From an uncultured delta proteobacterium (GTDB taxonomy: Bacteria; Myxococcota_A; Polyangia; Polyangiales; B10-G4), in the NCBI GenBank assembly GCA_963727445.1, contig CAVSGI010000009.1, forward strand, positions 480,001 through 544,000: a stretch of 64,000 nt of DNA, written 5' to 3'. Below, piece after piece: positions 54,846 through 63,566 of the stretch (position 1 is its first letter; every line of letters begins with the position of its first letter). Below the pieces are notes generated by a model. It worked only from the letters and a program-made list of their open reading frames with translations. It was not told the origin of the DNA and did no database searches. The translations under genes were made by a program, and so were the position numbers.

Positions 54846-55706
54846 TCAGTCGTACTTGTAGAAACCCTCGCCGCTCTTGCGACCCAGCTTACCGGCCCGA
54901 ACCATCTGGCGGAGCAGGGTCGGCGGCCTGAACTGCTCGCCGAGCTCCGCGTGCAGGTGCTCGAGGATGGCGAGCCGGACGTCGAGGCCCACCAGGTCGC
55001 CGAGCTTGAGCGGGCCCATCGGGTGGCGGTAGCCGAGCTCCATCGCGGTGTCGATGTCCTCCGGGCTGGCGACGCCCTCCTCGACCATGCGGATCGCCTC
55101 GGCGCCGAGCGCCACGCCCAGACGGCTGGTGGCGAAGCCCGGCCAGTCCTTGACGACGATCGCCGTCTTGCCGATGCGCTCCGCGAAGCCGCGCGCGCGC
55201 GCGATGGCGTCGTCGCTGGTGCGCAGGCCCCGGATGATCTCGAGGAGCTTCATCAGCGGCACCGGATTGAAGAAGTGCAGGCCGATCACGCGTCCCGGAT
55301 CCGCCACCGCGCCCGCGATCTCCGTGACGCTGAGCGACGAGGTGTTCGTTCCGAGGAGCGCGTGCGGCGGCGCGAGGCGATCGAGCTCTCGAAAGGTCTC
55401 GAGCTTGAGCTCCATCCGCTCGGGGATCGCTTCGACCACGAGATCCGCGCCTTCGGCGGCTTCGCCGAGGTCGGTGGTGGTGGAGATCCGCGCGAGCGCT
55501 TCGTCGCGGGCGCTCGCCTCGACCTTCCCCTTGTCGACCAGCTTGGCGAGGCTCTTTTCGACCTTGCTCCTGGCATCATCCAAGAAGCTCTCGGCCACAT
55601 CGCGGATCACGACCGTCATTCCGGCAGTCGCCGCGACCTGCGCGATGCCGTGACCCATGGTTCCCGCGCCGAGAACCGCGACGCGCTCGATCTCTTTTTC
55701 GCTCAT
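54846..55706 (-). CDS. 3-hydroxybutyryl/3-hydroxyacyl-CoA dehydrogenase
   Basis: GAGTMG, VEAIPE, NTSSLS, GLHFFNP, HPMGP, GRKSGEGFY. Confidence 0.93.
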   Translation of the reverse strand: MSEKEIERVAVLGAGTMGHGIAQVAATAGMTVVIRDVAESFLDDARSKVEKSLAKLVDKGKVEASARDEALARISTTTDLGEAAEGADLVVEAIPERMELKLETFRELDRLAPPHALLGTNTSSLSVTEIAGAVADPGRVIGLHFFNPVPLMKLLEIIRGLRTSDDAIARARGFAERIGKTAIVVKDWPGFATSRLGVALGAEAIRMVEEGVASPEDIDTAMELGYRHPMGPLKLGDLVGLDVRLAILEHLHAELGEQFRPPTLLRQMVRAGKLGRKSGEGFYKYD

Positions 55707-55775
55707 CAGGCGCCCGGGGTATCACGCCGGGTCGGCGGCCTCAATCGAGAGCCGCCGACCGGGGATGGAGGCACC

Positions 55776-56969
55776 TCAGCGGCCGACGATCGTCAGGTTT
55801 CCGCAGCGCGCGGTGCGGTTTCCGTCGCGGATTGTCACCGCGCCGCCGCTGCTGTTGCGGGGCACCTGGGCGCGGACCTGTCCGTCCCGCGCCTGCGACA
55901 CGGCCGCGATGTTGCCGCCGATCATGACGGTGGCGCCGCGACCGAAGCCGGTTCCGCTGAGCGTGATGTAGCCGCCGCGCGGTGCCCGCTCGGTGTTCGC
56001 CCGGCAGGTGAGGGCCACCGTGCCGGTGCTGCCCTGTCGGGTGCCGCCCGCGTTCACGGTGACGGTCCCGGGAGAGCCCGCGCGCACGCCGCCCGTCACG
56101 GTCGTGGTCGGCCGGTTGGTCGGTGTGGTGGGCGTGCGAACGGCGGTGCTCGGGCCGCGCGTCGCATCGGTCGGCGTCTGAACACGCACGCCGGTGCTCG
56201 GCTGCCGCACGGTCGGCGGGGTGTTGGTGCGCACGCCGCCGCGGACCGTGGCGTTGGCGGTGCCGGGGGTCGCGGTGGTGCGGGTTCCGCCCTGCACGGT
56301 GACGGTGGGCCGGGCGGTGCCGGGAGTCGCGGTGGTGCGGGTGCTGCCCTGCACGGTGACGGTGCGCCGTGCGGTGCCGGGGGTCGCGGTGGTGCGGGTG
56401 CCGCCCTGCACGGTGACGGTGCTCGACGGTCGACCCTGCACGCGGACCGTACCGGTGTCACCGCCCTGCACGGTGGCGGTGCCTTGCGTCGTGCCTCCGC
56501 CCTGCACGGTCACGGTCTGAGTGCCGCCGCCCTGCACCACGGTTCGAGCGGTGGCGGCGGGCTGCACGCTCACCCTCACGTTCCCCGGCTGCCGGTAGAC
56601 CGGCGCCGGCTCGGTGCTGCGCGGCCGCCAGTAACCCGGGTGGTAGTGGAATCCGCCGTCGACCTGCACGACTGCCGGCGCGGTCCACACGTAGCCCGGC
56701 CGGGGCGTCTCCCAGTGCCCGTCCACCCAGACCCAGCTTCCACGCCAGACGTAGTGGCCGCCGACCCACACCGCGTTCGCGTTGGGCTGAGGCGGACGCA
56801 CGCTCACCGCGGCGTGCACGGCCGGGGGCGGCGACTCCACCTTCACGTAGGCGGGGTCCTGGTAATAGACCGTCGAAGCAGTGGCCGGGCAGTCGTAGTA
56901 GTAGCAGCCGGAGAGCCCCGTCAGGAGCACGGCCGAGAGCAAGAGGGTGGGGGTGATCTTCGAAATCAT
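55776..56969 (-). CDS. Lipoprotein with YXWGXW repeats, Thr/Val/Gly repeats and an IPT/TIG-like C-terminus
   Basis: Lipobox LSGC; WVGGHYVW..WVWVDGHW; three TVTVQGxTRTTATPGTA repeats; GGYITLSGTGFG. Confidence 0.78.
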   Translation of the reverse strand: MISKITPTLLLSAVLLTGLSGCYYYDCPATASTVYYQDPAYVKVESPPPAVHAAVSVRPPQPNANAVWVGGHYVWRGSWVWVDGHWETPRPGYVWTAPAVVQVDGGFHYHPGYWRPRSTEPAPVYRQPGNVRVSVQPAATARTVVQGGGTQTVTVQGGGTTQGTATVQGGDTGTVRVQGRPSSTVTVQGGTRTTATPGTARRTVTVQGSTRTTATPGTARPTVTVQGGTRTTATPGTANATVRGGVRTNTPPTVRQPSTGVRVQTPTDATRGPSTAVRTPTTPTNRPTTTVTGGVRAGSPGTVTVNAGGTRQGSTGTVALTCRANTERAPRGGYITLSGTGFGRGATVMIGGNIAAVSQARDGQVRAQVPRNSSGGAVTIRDGNRTARCGNLTIVGR

Positions 56970-57025
56970 CGGTTTTGCCCTTTCATGGGCTGATGTCCGT
57001 TCTACGGAGGCGGCGGGCCGGGTAT

Positions 57026-58198
57026 TCAGAGGCGCCGGAGCTCCTTGGGGATCTCGTAAGAAACTCGCAAGGTGCCGTCGCGGCCCAGGTGGAAGCAGGT
57101 CGTGAGGCGCATCCCCCATTCGGCCTGGTAGATGCCTGGATGGAGCACGAAGAGGTACCCGGGCTCGACCGGCCGCGTGTCGTGCATTTCGAGCCCATCG
57201 AGCTGGGTGCCTGGCGCGACCTGTCCATCCGGGGTCAGCCCGTGGCCGGCGCGATGAAGCACGCGATCCTTCGCACCGCCGCTGGCGAAGACGTCGCGCG
57301 TCTTGCGATCGACCTCGAAGCCGAGGAGCCGCCTGCCCGCTTCGGTCCGTGACGCCACCAGGGCGATCGCCTCGCGGATCGCGCTGGCCGTCAGCGCGTA
57401 CGCGTCCGCGAGCTCCGGCGGCACCTGTGTGCCGACGAAGGCGACCTGCCCGATCTCCGCGGCCGCGCCCCCTCCTGCGCGGCCCACCACGGTGATGGAG
57501 ACGAGGTCGCCTCGGCGGAGCGGCCAATCGGTGGCGTCCGTGGGGACATGAGTCGGGTCGCTGGTGTTCGGACCGCTCGCGACGCGCGCCGGCTGGACGA
57601 GGGTGAGGTCGTGCGCGGCGGCGAGCTCGTCGATGCGTGCGATCAACCGGCGCTCGGTGGGCGGCTGTCCATCGGCGATGGCGGAGGCGAGCCAGAGGAA
57701 GCTCGCCTCGAGGAGAGCGGCGAGCGCGTCGGCGCTCTCGTGATGACTGCGAAGCTCCTCGTCGGACCACCGCGCCATGAGCCGGCGCGTCAGCGCTTCG
57801 GAGGAGACCACGTGCGGGCCGTAGCTCTGGACCAGCGCGATCGTGCCCGCGTCCACGCGACCGAGATCCGCGTCGAGGCCCATCGGTGAATGCTCCATCG
57901 CGACGATTCCCCGGGCGGGCAGGGTGCGCTCGAGACCTCTGCGGAGCTCGGGCCAGCTGCGAAAGGCGAGGACCTCACCAGGCAGGCTCGGGAAGCGCTC
58001 CACCTCGGCGCGATGCGCGAGGAGCACGGGGATGCCGTCGGCGGGGATCCAGTAGAACCACCGGCGCCGGCACAGGGAGCGGTCGACCGAGAGCAGGCGC
58101 TCGGCGATCGGGTTCACGCCGCCCATGCTCACGAGGAGCCAGCCCGTGAGCTCTTCGTCGCGAAGCGCGAGCTGAACGTCGCCGAGCCGTTCGAGCAT
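57026..58198 (-). CDS. M24 (Xaa-Pro peptidase) fold protein with a degenerate metal site
   Basis: RRWFYWIP, SGPNTSDPTH, HRAGHGL, PGIY; acidic ligands replaced. Confidence 0.78.
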   Translation of the reverse strand: MLERLGDVQLALRDEELTGWLLVSMGGVNPIAERLLSVDRSLCRRRWFYWIPADGIPVLLAHRAEVERFPSLPGEVLAFRSWPELRRGLERTLPARGIVAMEHSPMGLDADLGRVDAGTIALVQSYGPHVVSSEALTRRLMARWSDEELRSHHESADALAALLEASFLWLASAIADGQPPTERRLIARIDELAAAHDLTLVQPARVASGPNTSDPTHVPTDATDWPLRRGDLVSITVVGRAGGGAAAEIGQVAFVGTQVPPELADAYALTASAIREAIALVASRTEAGRRLLGFEVDRKTRDVFASGGAKDRVLHRAGHGLTPDGQVAPGTQLDGLEMHDTRPVEPGYLFVLHPGIYQAEWGMRLTTCFHLGRDGTLRVSYEIPKELRRL

Positions 58199-58258
58199 CG
58201 GCGAAAGCTAACGCCACCCTGGGCCGGAGGAAAGAACACTCGCGTCGAAGCCGACGCG

Positions 58259-59020
58259 TCAGCCGGCGTCGATGAGGCGACGGGCCTCGTGGGTCAGCGT
58301 CTGGACCTCTTCCTGGAGCGATGCGGCGAGCGCGCTCGCCCTTCGACGCGCGACCCGGCGGGGCTCCCCGACGGCGGCTCCGACGGGCGTTCGGCGACGG
58401 GCGGCGACACGACCGAGGTGCGACGCGAAGGACTCCTCGAAGTATTCGACGCCAGGCGGATAAGCAATCCCCATCGGGACAATCTCGACATCGAGGCCGC
58501 TCGTCGCGGCGAAGACCCCCGGCTTGAAGGGGCGGACCTCGTCGCCCGGGTAGGTGGTGCCCTCCGGAAAGACAGTGACCGTGTGCCCGTCCTTGAGCGC
58601 GCTCCGGATCTGCCGGATGGCGGAGGCGCCGCTCGACCGGCTCTCCCGGTCGACGAAGATCGTTCCCGTTCGTTGCGCGAGTCGTCCCGCCACCGGCCAG
58701 TCCGCGATGTCCCCACGGCTCAGGATCCGACCGCCGAAGAGCGCGGTGGCGACCAGGATGTCGACCGCGCTCCGGTGGCTCGAGACCACCAGCCGTCCCA
58801 CGGTCGCGACAGGAACGTCCCCTTCGGCCCGAAGATCGATCCCCATCAGGCGCAGCTGGGCGGCAGCCCATCGCTTCAGGTGGCGTTGGAAGAGCGCCTC
58901 CCTTTCATCCGGCGGCGTGAAACGCAGGATGATCTCGCAGCGCCCGAGCCTGGCCGCCGTGCTACCGGCGATCGCCAGGCCGCGTGCCGCGATGGTCGCC
59001 CTTTTCGAGATCGATGACAT
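58259..59020 (-). CDS. Lysophospholipid acyltransferase (PlsC-like)
   Basis: SHRSAVD (HX4D), FVDR, FPEGT. Confidence 0.9.
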   Translation of the reverse strand: MSSISKRATIAARGLAIAGSTAARLGRCEIILRFTPPDEREALFQRHLKRWAAAQLRLMGIDLRAEGDVPVATVGRLVVSSHRSAVDILVATALFGGRILSRGDIADWPVAGRLAQRTGTIFVDRESRSSGASAIRQIRSALKDGHTVTVFPEGTTYPGDEVRPFKPGVFAATSGLDVEIVPMGIAYPPGVEYFEESFASHLGRVAARRRTPVGAAVGEPRRVARRRASALAASLQEEVQTLTHEARRLIDAG

Positions 59021-59073
59021 GGCCTCGAACGCTCTGCCTACCGCTCCTGGGGATATGGTGGCAAGCTTGGGAC

Positions 59074-59643
59074 GTGGAGTCCGAGATCGCTCCCTGTTTC
59101 CTGGTTGCGGCGCCGTCTCTCACGTGCCCGTTCTTCAACCATACCGTGGTGCTCCTCGTCGATCACCGTGATGACGGCTCGCTCGGTTTCGTCATCAACA
59201 AGCCGGCGGACATCGAGCTGGGCTCGCTCCTCGATCAGATCGGCATCGACGTCGACGTGCCGAACTTCGGTGAGGAGCCAGTGATGCTCGGCGGGCCGGT
59301 CTCGCCGGAGACCGGTTGGGTCATCTTCGATCAGAAGACCGTCGCGCACCCGTCGGAGGGCGTGCTCTCCCTGACCCCGGAGCTGGGCGTCAGCGCGAAC
59401 CTCGAGGTGCTCGAGGAGATCGCGCGGGGCGACGGACCGGACAGCTATCTGATGATGCTCGGCTATGCTGGGTGGGGGCCTGGGCAGCTCGACCAGGAGA
59501 TCCGCGAAGGCAGCTGGATCGCTGTCGACCTCGACCCGAAGCTCGTCTTCCGAACGCCGGTCGAGGATCGCTGGTCTGCCGCCCTGGCCACGCTCGGGAT
59601 CGACCCCGCGCGCATGGCCGCCACCGTCGTCGCCGACGCCTGA
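59074..59643 (+). CDS. YqgE/AlgH family protein
   Basis: GSLGFVINKP, GGPV, GYAGWGPGQLDQEI..GSW. Confidence 0.9.
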   Translation: MESEIAPCFLVAAPSLTCPFFNHTVVLLVDHRDDGSLGFVINKPADIELGSLLDQIGIDVDVPNFGEEPVMLGGPVSPETGWVIFDQKTVAHPSEGVLSLTPELGVSANLEVLEEIARGDGPDSYLMMLGYAGWGPGQLDQEIREGSWIAVDLDPKLVFRTPVEDRWSAALATLGIDPARMAATVVADA

Positions 59644-59651
59644 TCCGCTCT

Positions 59652-60857
59652 TCAGCCGAGCCCGAGCCCGAGCTCGTGACGGTACTGGTGCAGGAAGATG
59701 CCGAGCATTCGACAGGCGATGGTCGGCAGGATCAGGGCGACGCAGCTTCGGATGAGGCCCGGCAGGAAGGGAATCAGGATGGGCTTGGTCACCATGAAGA
59801 CCCCTGCCATCGTCGCCGAGTGAATGATCATCACCACGCCCACGGCGAGGGTGGTCAGGATGTAGGGACCGGGGACGCGCGTCATGATGAGCACGCCTGC
59901 CACCGGGTTGAGGGGGCCCAGGCATCCACCGGTGAGGCTCGCAACCATCACCGACGCGGGCATGTAGGCGAGCCCCAACAGAAGTAGAAGCCCGGTGATG
60001 GGGATGACCGCGGGGCTGTTGGCGCCGATGACATAGGCGCCGAGGATCGCCGGGACGAAGGGAACGGCGAGAGCGACGAAGAAGCGAAAGCTGGGGACGA
60101 GGAGGTCGAAGAGGTCGACGAACTCCCCGCCGCGCGGCAGCTCATCTTCTCCTTCGCCGCTGTCCTGGATGACGCGGAAGAAGAAGATCGCTTGCACGCC
60201 CAACCAGAGGAAGAAGCCGACGATCGGGATGATGCTGGCCAGGGTCGCCACCAGTACGACGCCGAGGAAGATCGCCGGTGCCGACTTCTGAAACGGATAG
60301 CTGAACGCGCCGAGCAGCCGGGGGAGGAGGGGGCGCAGCTCATCGCCCTCGTCCTCCTTCGGGGTGACGGGCGGATCGGTCGGGGCCGCCGCCGGCGCCA
60401 TGGACGGCGGGCGGGCCGAGTCGTATCGGGCCGTGTCGAGACCGACGGCGTCGAAGTCCGGCACTGGGAGGGACTCGATGGTCAGCGGATCTTCGGCGGC
60501 GAGCTCGAAGGCGGCGGGCGGCGAGGACGCGTGAGGCGTGAGGAAGCTGGGATCGGGCGGCGCGAGGATGGGCTCCATCGGTGCCGGGCCTGCCCCGGAG
60601 GGAGGCGACGACGCCGCGGGCGGACGCATGGACGGGACGACGCGCTTTTCGAGTCGAACCTGGGCGCCGATACTGCGTAGGTGGTTGAAGAAGCGCTCGG
60701 CGGTGTGCTCGTCGACGTTGCGCTTCACCACCACCGGCGCGCGACGAACGATCTTCTCGGCGGTGCGCGTGTCGATCCCGAAGACGCGCGCCAGCTCTCC
60801 CACCGGGTCGCCAGCACCAGCCTCGAAGCCGAGGACCCGAATGTCGAAGACCTCCAT
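59652..60857 (-). CDS. Hypothetical membrane protein (L7/L12-CTD-like N-terminus, Pro-rich linker, multi-TM C-terminus)
   Basis: LARVFGID...APVVVKRNV...LRSIGA; AFSYPF followed by TM segments. Confidence 0.65.
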   Translation of the reverse strand: MEVFDIRVLGFEAGAGDPVGELARVFGIDTRTAEKIVRRAPVVVKRNVDEHTAERFFNHLRSIGAQVRLEKRVVPSMRPPAASSPPSGAGPAPMEPILAPPDPSFLTPHASSPPAAFELAAEDPLTIESLPVPDFDAVGLDTARYDSARPPSMAPAAAPTDPPVTPKEDEGDELRPLLPRLLGAFSYPFQKSAPAIFLGVVLVATLASIIPIVGFFLWLGVQAIFFFRVIQDSGEGEDELPRGGEFVDLFDLLVPSFRFFVALAVPFVPAILGAYVIGANSPAVIPITGLLLLLGLAYMPASVMVASLTGGCLGPLNPVAGVLIMTRVPGPYILTTLAVGVVMIIHSATMAGVFMVTKPILIPFLPGLIRSCVALILPTIACRMLGIFLHQYRHELGLGLG

Positions 60858-60901
60858 CCCCCTGTCGAGAGCCTACCCCACGACCCGGGTGGGGCGACAA
60901 G

Positions 60902-61267
60902 TCAGAGCTCGTAAACGCAGCGCGACGCGCAGGTCTCGTGCACGGTCACCGAGACCAGGCGCGCTGGCGACGGGACGTCGAGTCGCTCGGCGATGAAGCG
61001 CGCGAGGTTTTCGCTCGTCGGGTTCTCGAGGCCCTCGACCTCGTTGAGGTAGCGATGGTCGAGCAGCTCGTGGAGCGGCTTCCACGCGGCCGCGACGTCG
61101 GCGAAGTCCACGACCCAACCGAGCTTCGAATCGATGGGCCCTTCGACCCGCACCGTCACGCGGAAGCTGTGTCCGTGCAGTCGATGACACTTGTGATCCT
61201 CGGGGAGGTGAGGGAGGCGATGCGCTGCCTCGAAGCGCAGCTCCTTTTCGATGAAGGTCCGGCCCAT
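60902..61267 (-). CDS. queD: 6-carboxy-5,6,7,8-tetrahydropterin synthase
   Basis: FEAAHRL, CHRLHGHS, LDHRYLN, NPTSEN, ET. Confidence 0.93.
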   Translation of the reverse strand: MGRTFIEKELRFEAAHRLPHLPEDHKCHRLHGHSFRVTVRVEGPIDSKLGWVVDFADVAAAWKPLHELLDHRYLNEVEGLENPTSENLARFIAERLDVPSPARLVSVTVHETCASRCVYEL

Positions 61268-61275
61268 CGCGGGCT

Positions 61276-61285
61276 GGTGTAGCAT
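61276..61285. promoter_or_regulatory. Overlapping divergent -10-like hexamers (TAGCAT on +, TACACC on -)
   Basis: Only 27 bp between divergent start codons; each hexamer lies 8-9 nt from an ATG; no RBS. Confidence 0.5.
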
Positions 61286-61294
61286 GGCCGGCCC

Positions 61295-61771
61295 ATGGAT
61301 GAAGCGTCTGCCCGCCCTCCGCGCCTCTCCTTCACCGAGATGAGCGAAATCCTGTTGCCGCAGCACGCCAACGCGCTCGGCACGGCCTTCGGCGGCGTCG
61401 TCCTGTCGTGGATCGACGTCTGCGGCGCCATCGCCGCCCAGCGCCACTGCGGCCGCGTCGCGGTCACCGCGGCCATCGACGACATGCAATTCCTGGCGCC
61501 TCTGCGGGTCGGTGACGTCGTCCGATTGACGGCCCGGGTCAACGCCGCCTTCCGCACTTCGCTCGAGGTCGAAGTGCGGGTCGAGCGCGAGGACATCGCG
61601 ACCCGGGCGCGGACCCTCTGCGCCGATGCCCTTCTGACTTTCGTCAATCGCGACGAGGAAGGCCGCCCGGTGCCGGCACCGCCCCTCGCGCCGGAGACGG
61701 AGGAGGAGCGGAAGCGCGTGGAAGCCGCACGCGAGAGACGCGCCGCGCGCCTCGCCAAAAAGCGCGCGTAG
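61295..61771 (+). CDS. Acyl-CoA thioesterase (hotdog fold)
   Basis: PQHANALGTAFGG..LSWID, VTAAID, RTSLEV. Confidence 0.9.
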   Translation: MDEASARPPRLSFTEMSEILLPQHANALGTAFGGVVLSWIDVCGAIAAQRHCGRVAVTAAIDDMQFLAPLRVGDVVRLTARVNAAFRTSLEVEVRVEREDIATRARTLCADALLTFVNRDEEGRPVPAPPLAPETEEERKRVEAARERRAARLAKKRA

Positions 61772-61855
61772 GACGTGCCCGGTCGGCAGTGACGTCGACC
61801 CTGAATGGTCCCTGCGCTCGACGCGATTGCGGCGATCCGACGCTCGAATCCGACG

Positions 61856-62239
61856 TCACGGTGGCTCGAAGAAGTGGCGCCACGGCAGGAGCCCTGGTGG
61901 GATGCCGATCGCGCCGGTGTCGTCGTCGACCGGGAGATCGTGCACCTCGACGACGGCGTCGAGCGGGAGCGAACCGTAGAGGTGGGGAAAGTGCTCGCCG
62001 CTGGGCGTGGGCGGAACGCCCGGCTCGAAGCGGATGGCATCCGCGCCGAGGCGGTCCGCGCGGATGGAGAGCAGCACGAGATCGCGCTGGCCACCGTAGA
62101 AGCGGTTGGCGGTGGCGAGCCACTGGCGGTCGCCCGAGAGGTGGATGAAGCCCTCTTTGTCGAGTGAAGGGGTGCGGTAGACGCCTTCGGCCTGCGCGCG
62201 CGTCCACGCGTCACGCGTCGTGATGTGGAAGAGTCCCAC
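61856..62239 (-). CDS. DUF952 family protein
   Basis: FHI...W, SLDKEGFIHLS, FPHLYG. Confidence 0.85.
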   Translation of the reverse strand: MGLFHITTRDAWTRAQAEGVYRTPSLDKEGFIHLSGDRQWLATANRFYGGQRDLVLLSIRADRLGADAIRFEPGVPPTPSGEHFPHLYGSLPLDAVVEVHDLPVDDDTGAIGIPPGLLPWRHFFEPP

Positions 62240-62288
62240 GCGACGAGTCTGACACCGCTCGGCGGCGAGCGGTGACTGATGCGTCGGC

Positions 62289-63434
62289 TCAGTCGTCGAA
62301 GAAGGTGCTGATGGCCTTCGACAGGGCGCGGAGGGGCGAGCTCGTGTAGGGCGCGAGGAGATCCTCGTCCGGGTCCTCGCCCACGAAGGGCGCGGGGGCC
62401 GACAGAAGGATTTGCTGGGTATCTCCTGCGGGCGCGAACGCGGCGTAGCTCACCGGAGCCGCGGAACGCGACTGCGTCAGGGGCATGGGCGCGGTCGGCA
62501 CGAGCGGTACGGCGATATCGTTCGGCGCGACGCGCGAGAGCGGAATGACCGGCGCGGCGGTGCTCGCTTCCCGCTTGGGAAGCTGGAACTGCTGCGTCGG
62601 CTCGCGGCTCGGGATGTGGAGCACCTTCGCGAGCTTGGGTGCGGGTGCCGGCGCGACGCTGGCCAGCGATGCCCGTGGCGGCGGGGGCGCGACGCTCTTC
62701 TTCGGGGGCGGCGGAGGAGCGCTCTTCGCCCGCGCGGGGATCGGCGGCGGCGCGCTCTTGCGCTTCTTGGCGACGGAGGGAACGGGCGGCGGCACGCTCT
62801 TGCGCGCGGGCGGCGGCACGCTCTTGCGCGCGGGCGCAGCCTCGGAACGGCGCGCGACCTTTTTGCGAATGCCGCTCTTCTCGCCGGCGATCTGGCTCGC
62901 CGGGCTCTGGCTGGTCTGGCTCGCCACCTTCTTCGGCTTCGTCTTCGCCTTCTTCGCGCTCACACGCGCGCGGGCCAGCTTGCGCTGACGCTTCTCGCGC
63001 GCCGCGAGCTTGCGGTGCGTCTCGGCGACGACGAGCTCGGGCACCGGCACCTGCTCGGTGTGCTCCTCGACCTCGAAGGGATCCATCTCGATCGTGTCGT
63101 GCACCCCCTCGGTCGCGTTCTTGGGCGCCGGCGGCGCTTTCGACAGCAGAGCGCGGGCAGCCGAGGCGGGCGGCGGAAGACTGGCGCGGGGCGGAAGACT
63201 GGCGCGGGGCGGGGCGATGGGCCGCTTGGCCACGGAGCTGGTCGCGGGGCTCTTAAGCGTGCGCCGGGTCGGGGCAACCTGCTGCCGACTCTCCCGCGGG
63301 AGCCGCGGGGCGGCGGGGACCTTGGCGCTGGTGGCGGCAGCGGTCGGCCGTACGCGGACGTGGGAGGAGCGACCAGGGGAGGAGGTGAGCTTCGTCGGGG
63401 GCGGCGGCGTGTAGGCGGCGGCTCGGGAGGACAT
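62289..63434 (-). CDS. Basic Pro/Ala-rich, probably disordered hypothetical protein
   Basis: Repeats RASLPP and RKSVPPP; Lys-rich centre; fills the gap between genes. Confidence 0.6.
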   Translation of the reverse strand: MSSRAAAYTPPPPTKLTSSPGRSSHVRVRPTAAATSAKVPAAPRLPRESRQQVAPTRRTLKSPATSSVAKRPIAPPRASLPPRASLPPPASAARALLSKAPPAPKNATEGVHDTIEMDPFEVEEHTEQVPVPELVVAETHRKLAAREKRQRKLARARVSAKKAKTKPKKVASQTSQSPASQIAGEKSGIRKKVARRSEAAPARKSVPPPARKSVPPPVPSVAKKRKSAPPPIPARAKSAPPPPPKKSVAPPPPRASLASVAPAPAPKLAKVLHIPSREPTQQFQLPKREASTAAPVIPLSRVAPNDIAVPLVPTAPMPLTQSRSAAPVSYAAFAPAGDTQQILLSAPAPFVGEDPDEDLLAPYTSSPLRALSKAISTFFDD

Positions 63435-63449
63435 GGTGAGACGAGGAAC

Positions 63450-63465
63450 TGCAAGGCCCAGGCCC
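63450..63465 (-). promoter_or_regulatory. Putative sigma54 promoter for the 63434 gene
   Basis: Minus strand GGGCCTGGGCCTTGCA (GG-N10-GC), ending 15 nt before the ATG. Confidence 0.5.
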
Positions 63466-63566
63466 AAAGAATCATCAATGATCTTCTCTCGGCTCCGGGT
63501 CCAAATGGAGCTCGGAGCGTTCCGGATTCCGCCTTCGGAGCAGCGTTGTCCCCCTCGCGTTACAGC

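Noticed and set aside
60902..61267. queD as part of a 7-deazaguanine DNA modification or defence cluster
   Set aside because: No queC, queE, folE or dpd genes are nearby; the neighbours are ordinary metabolic genes.
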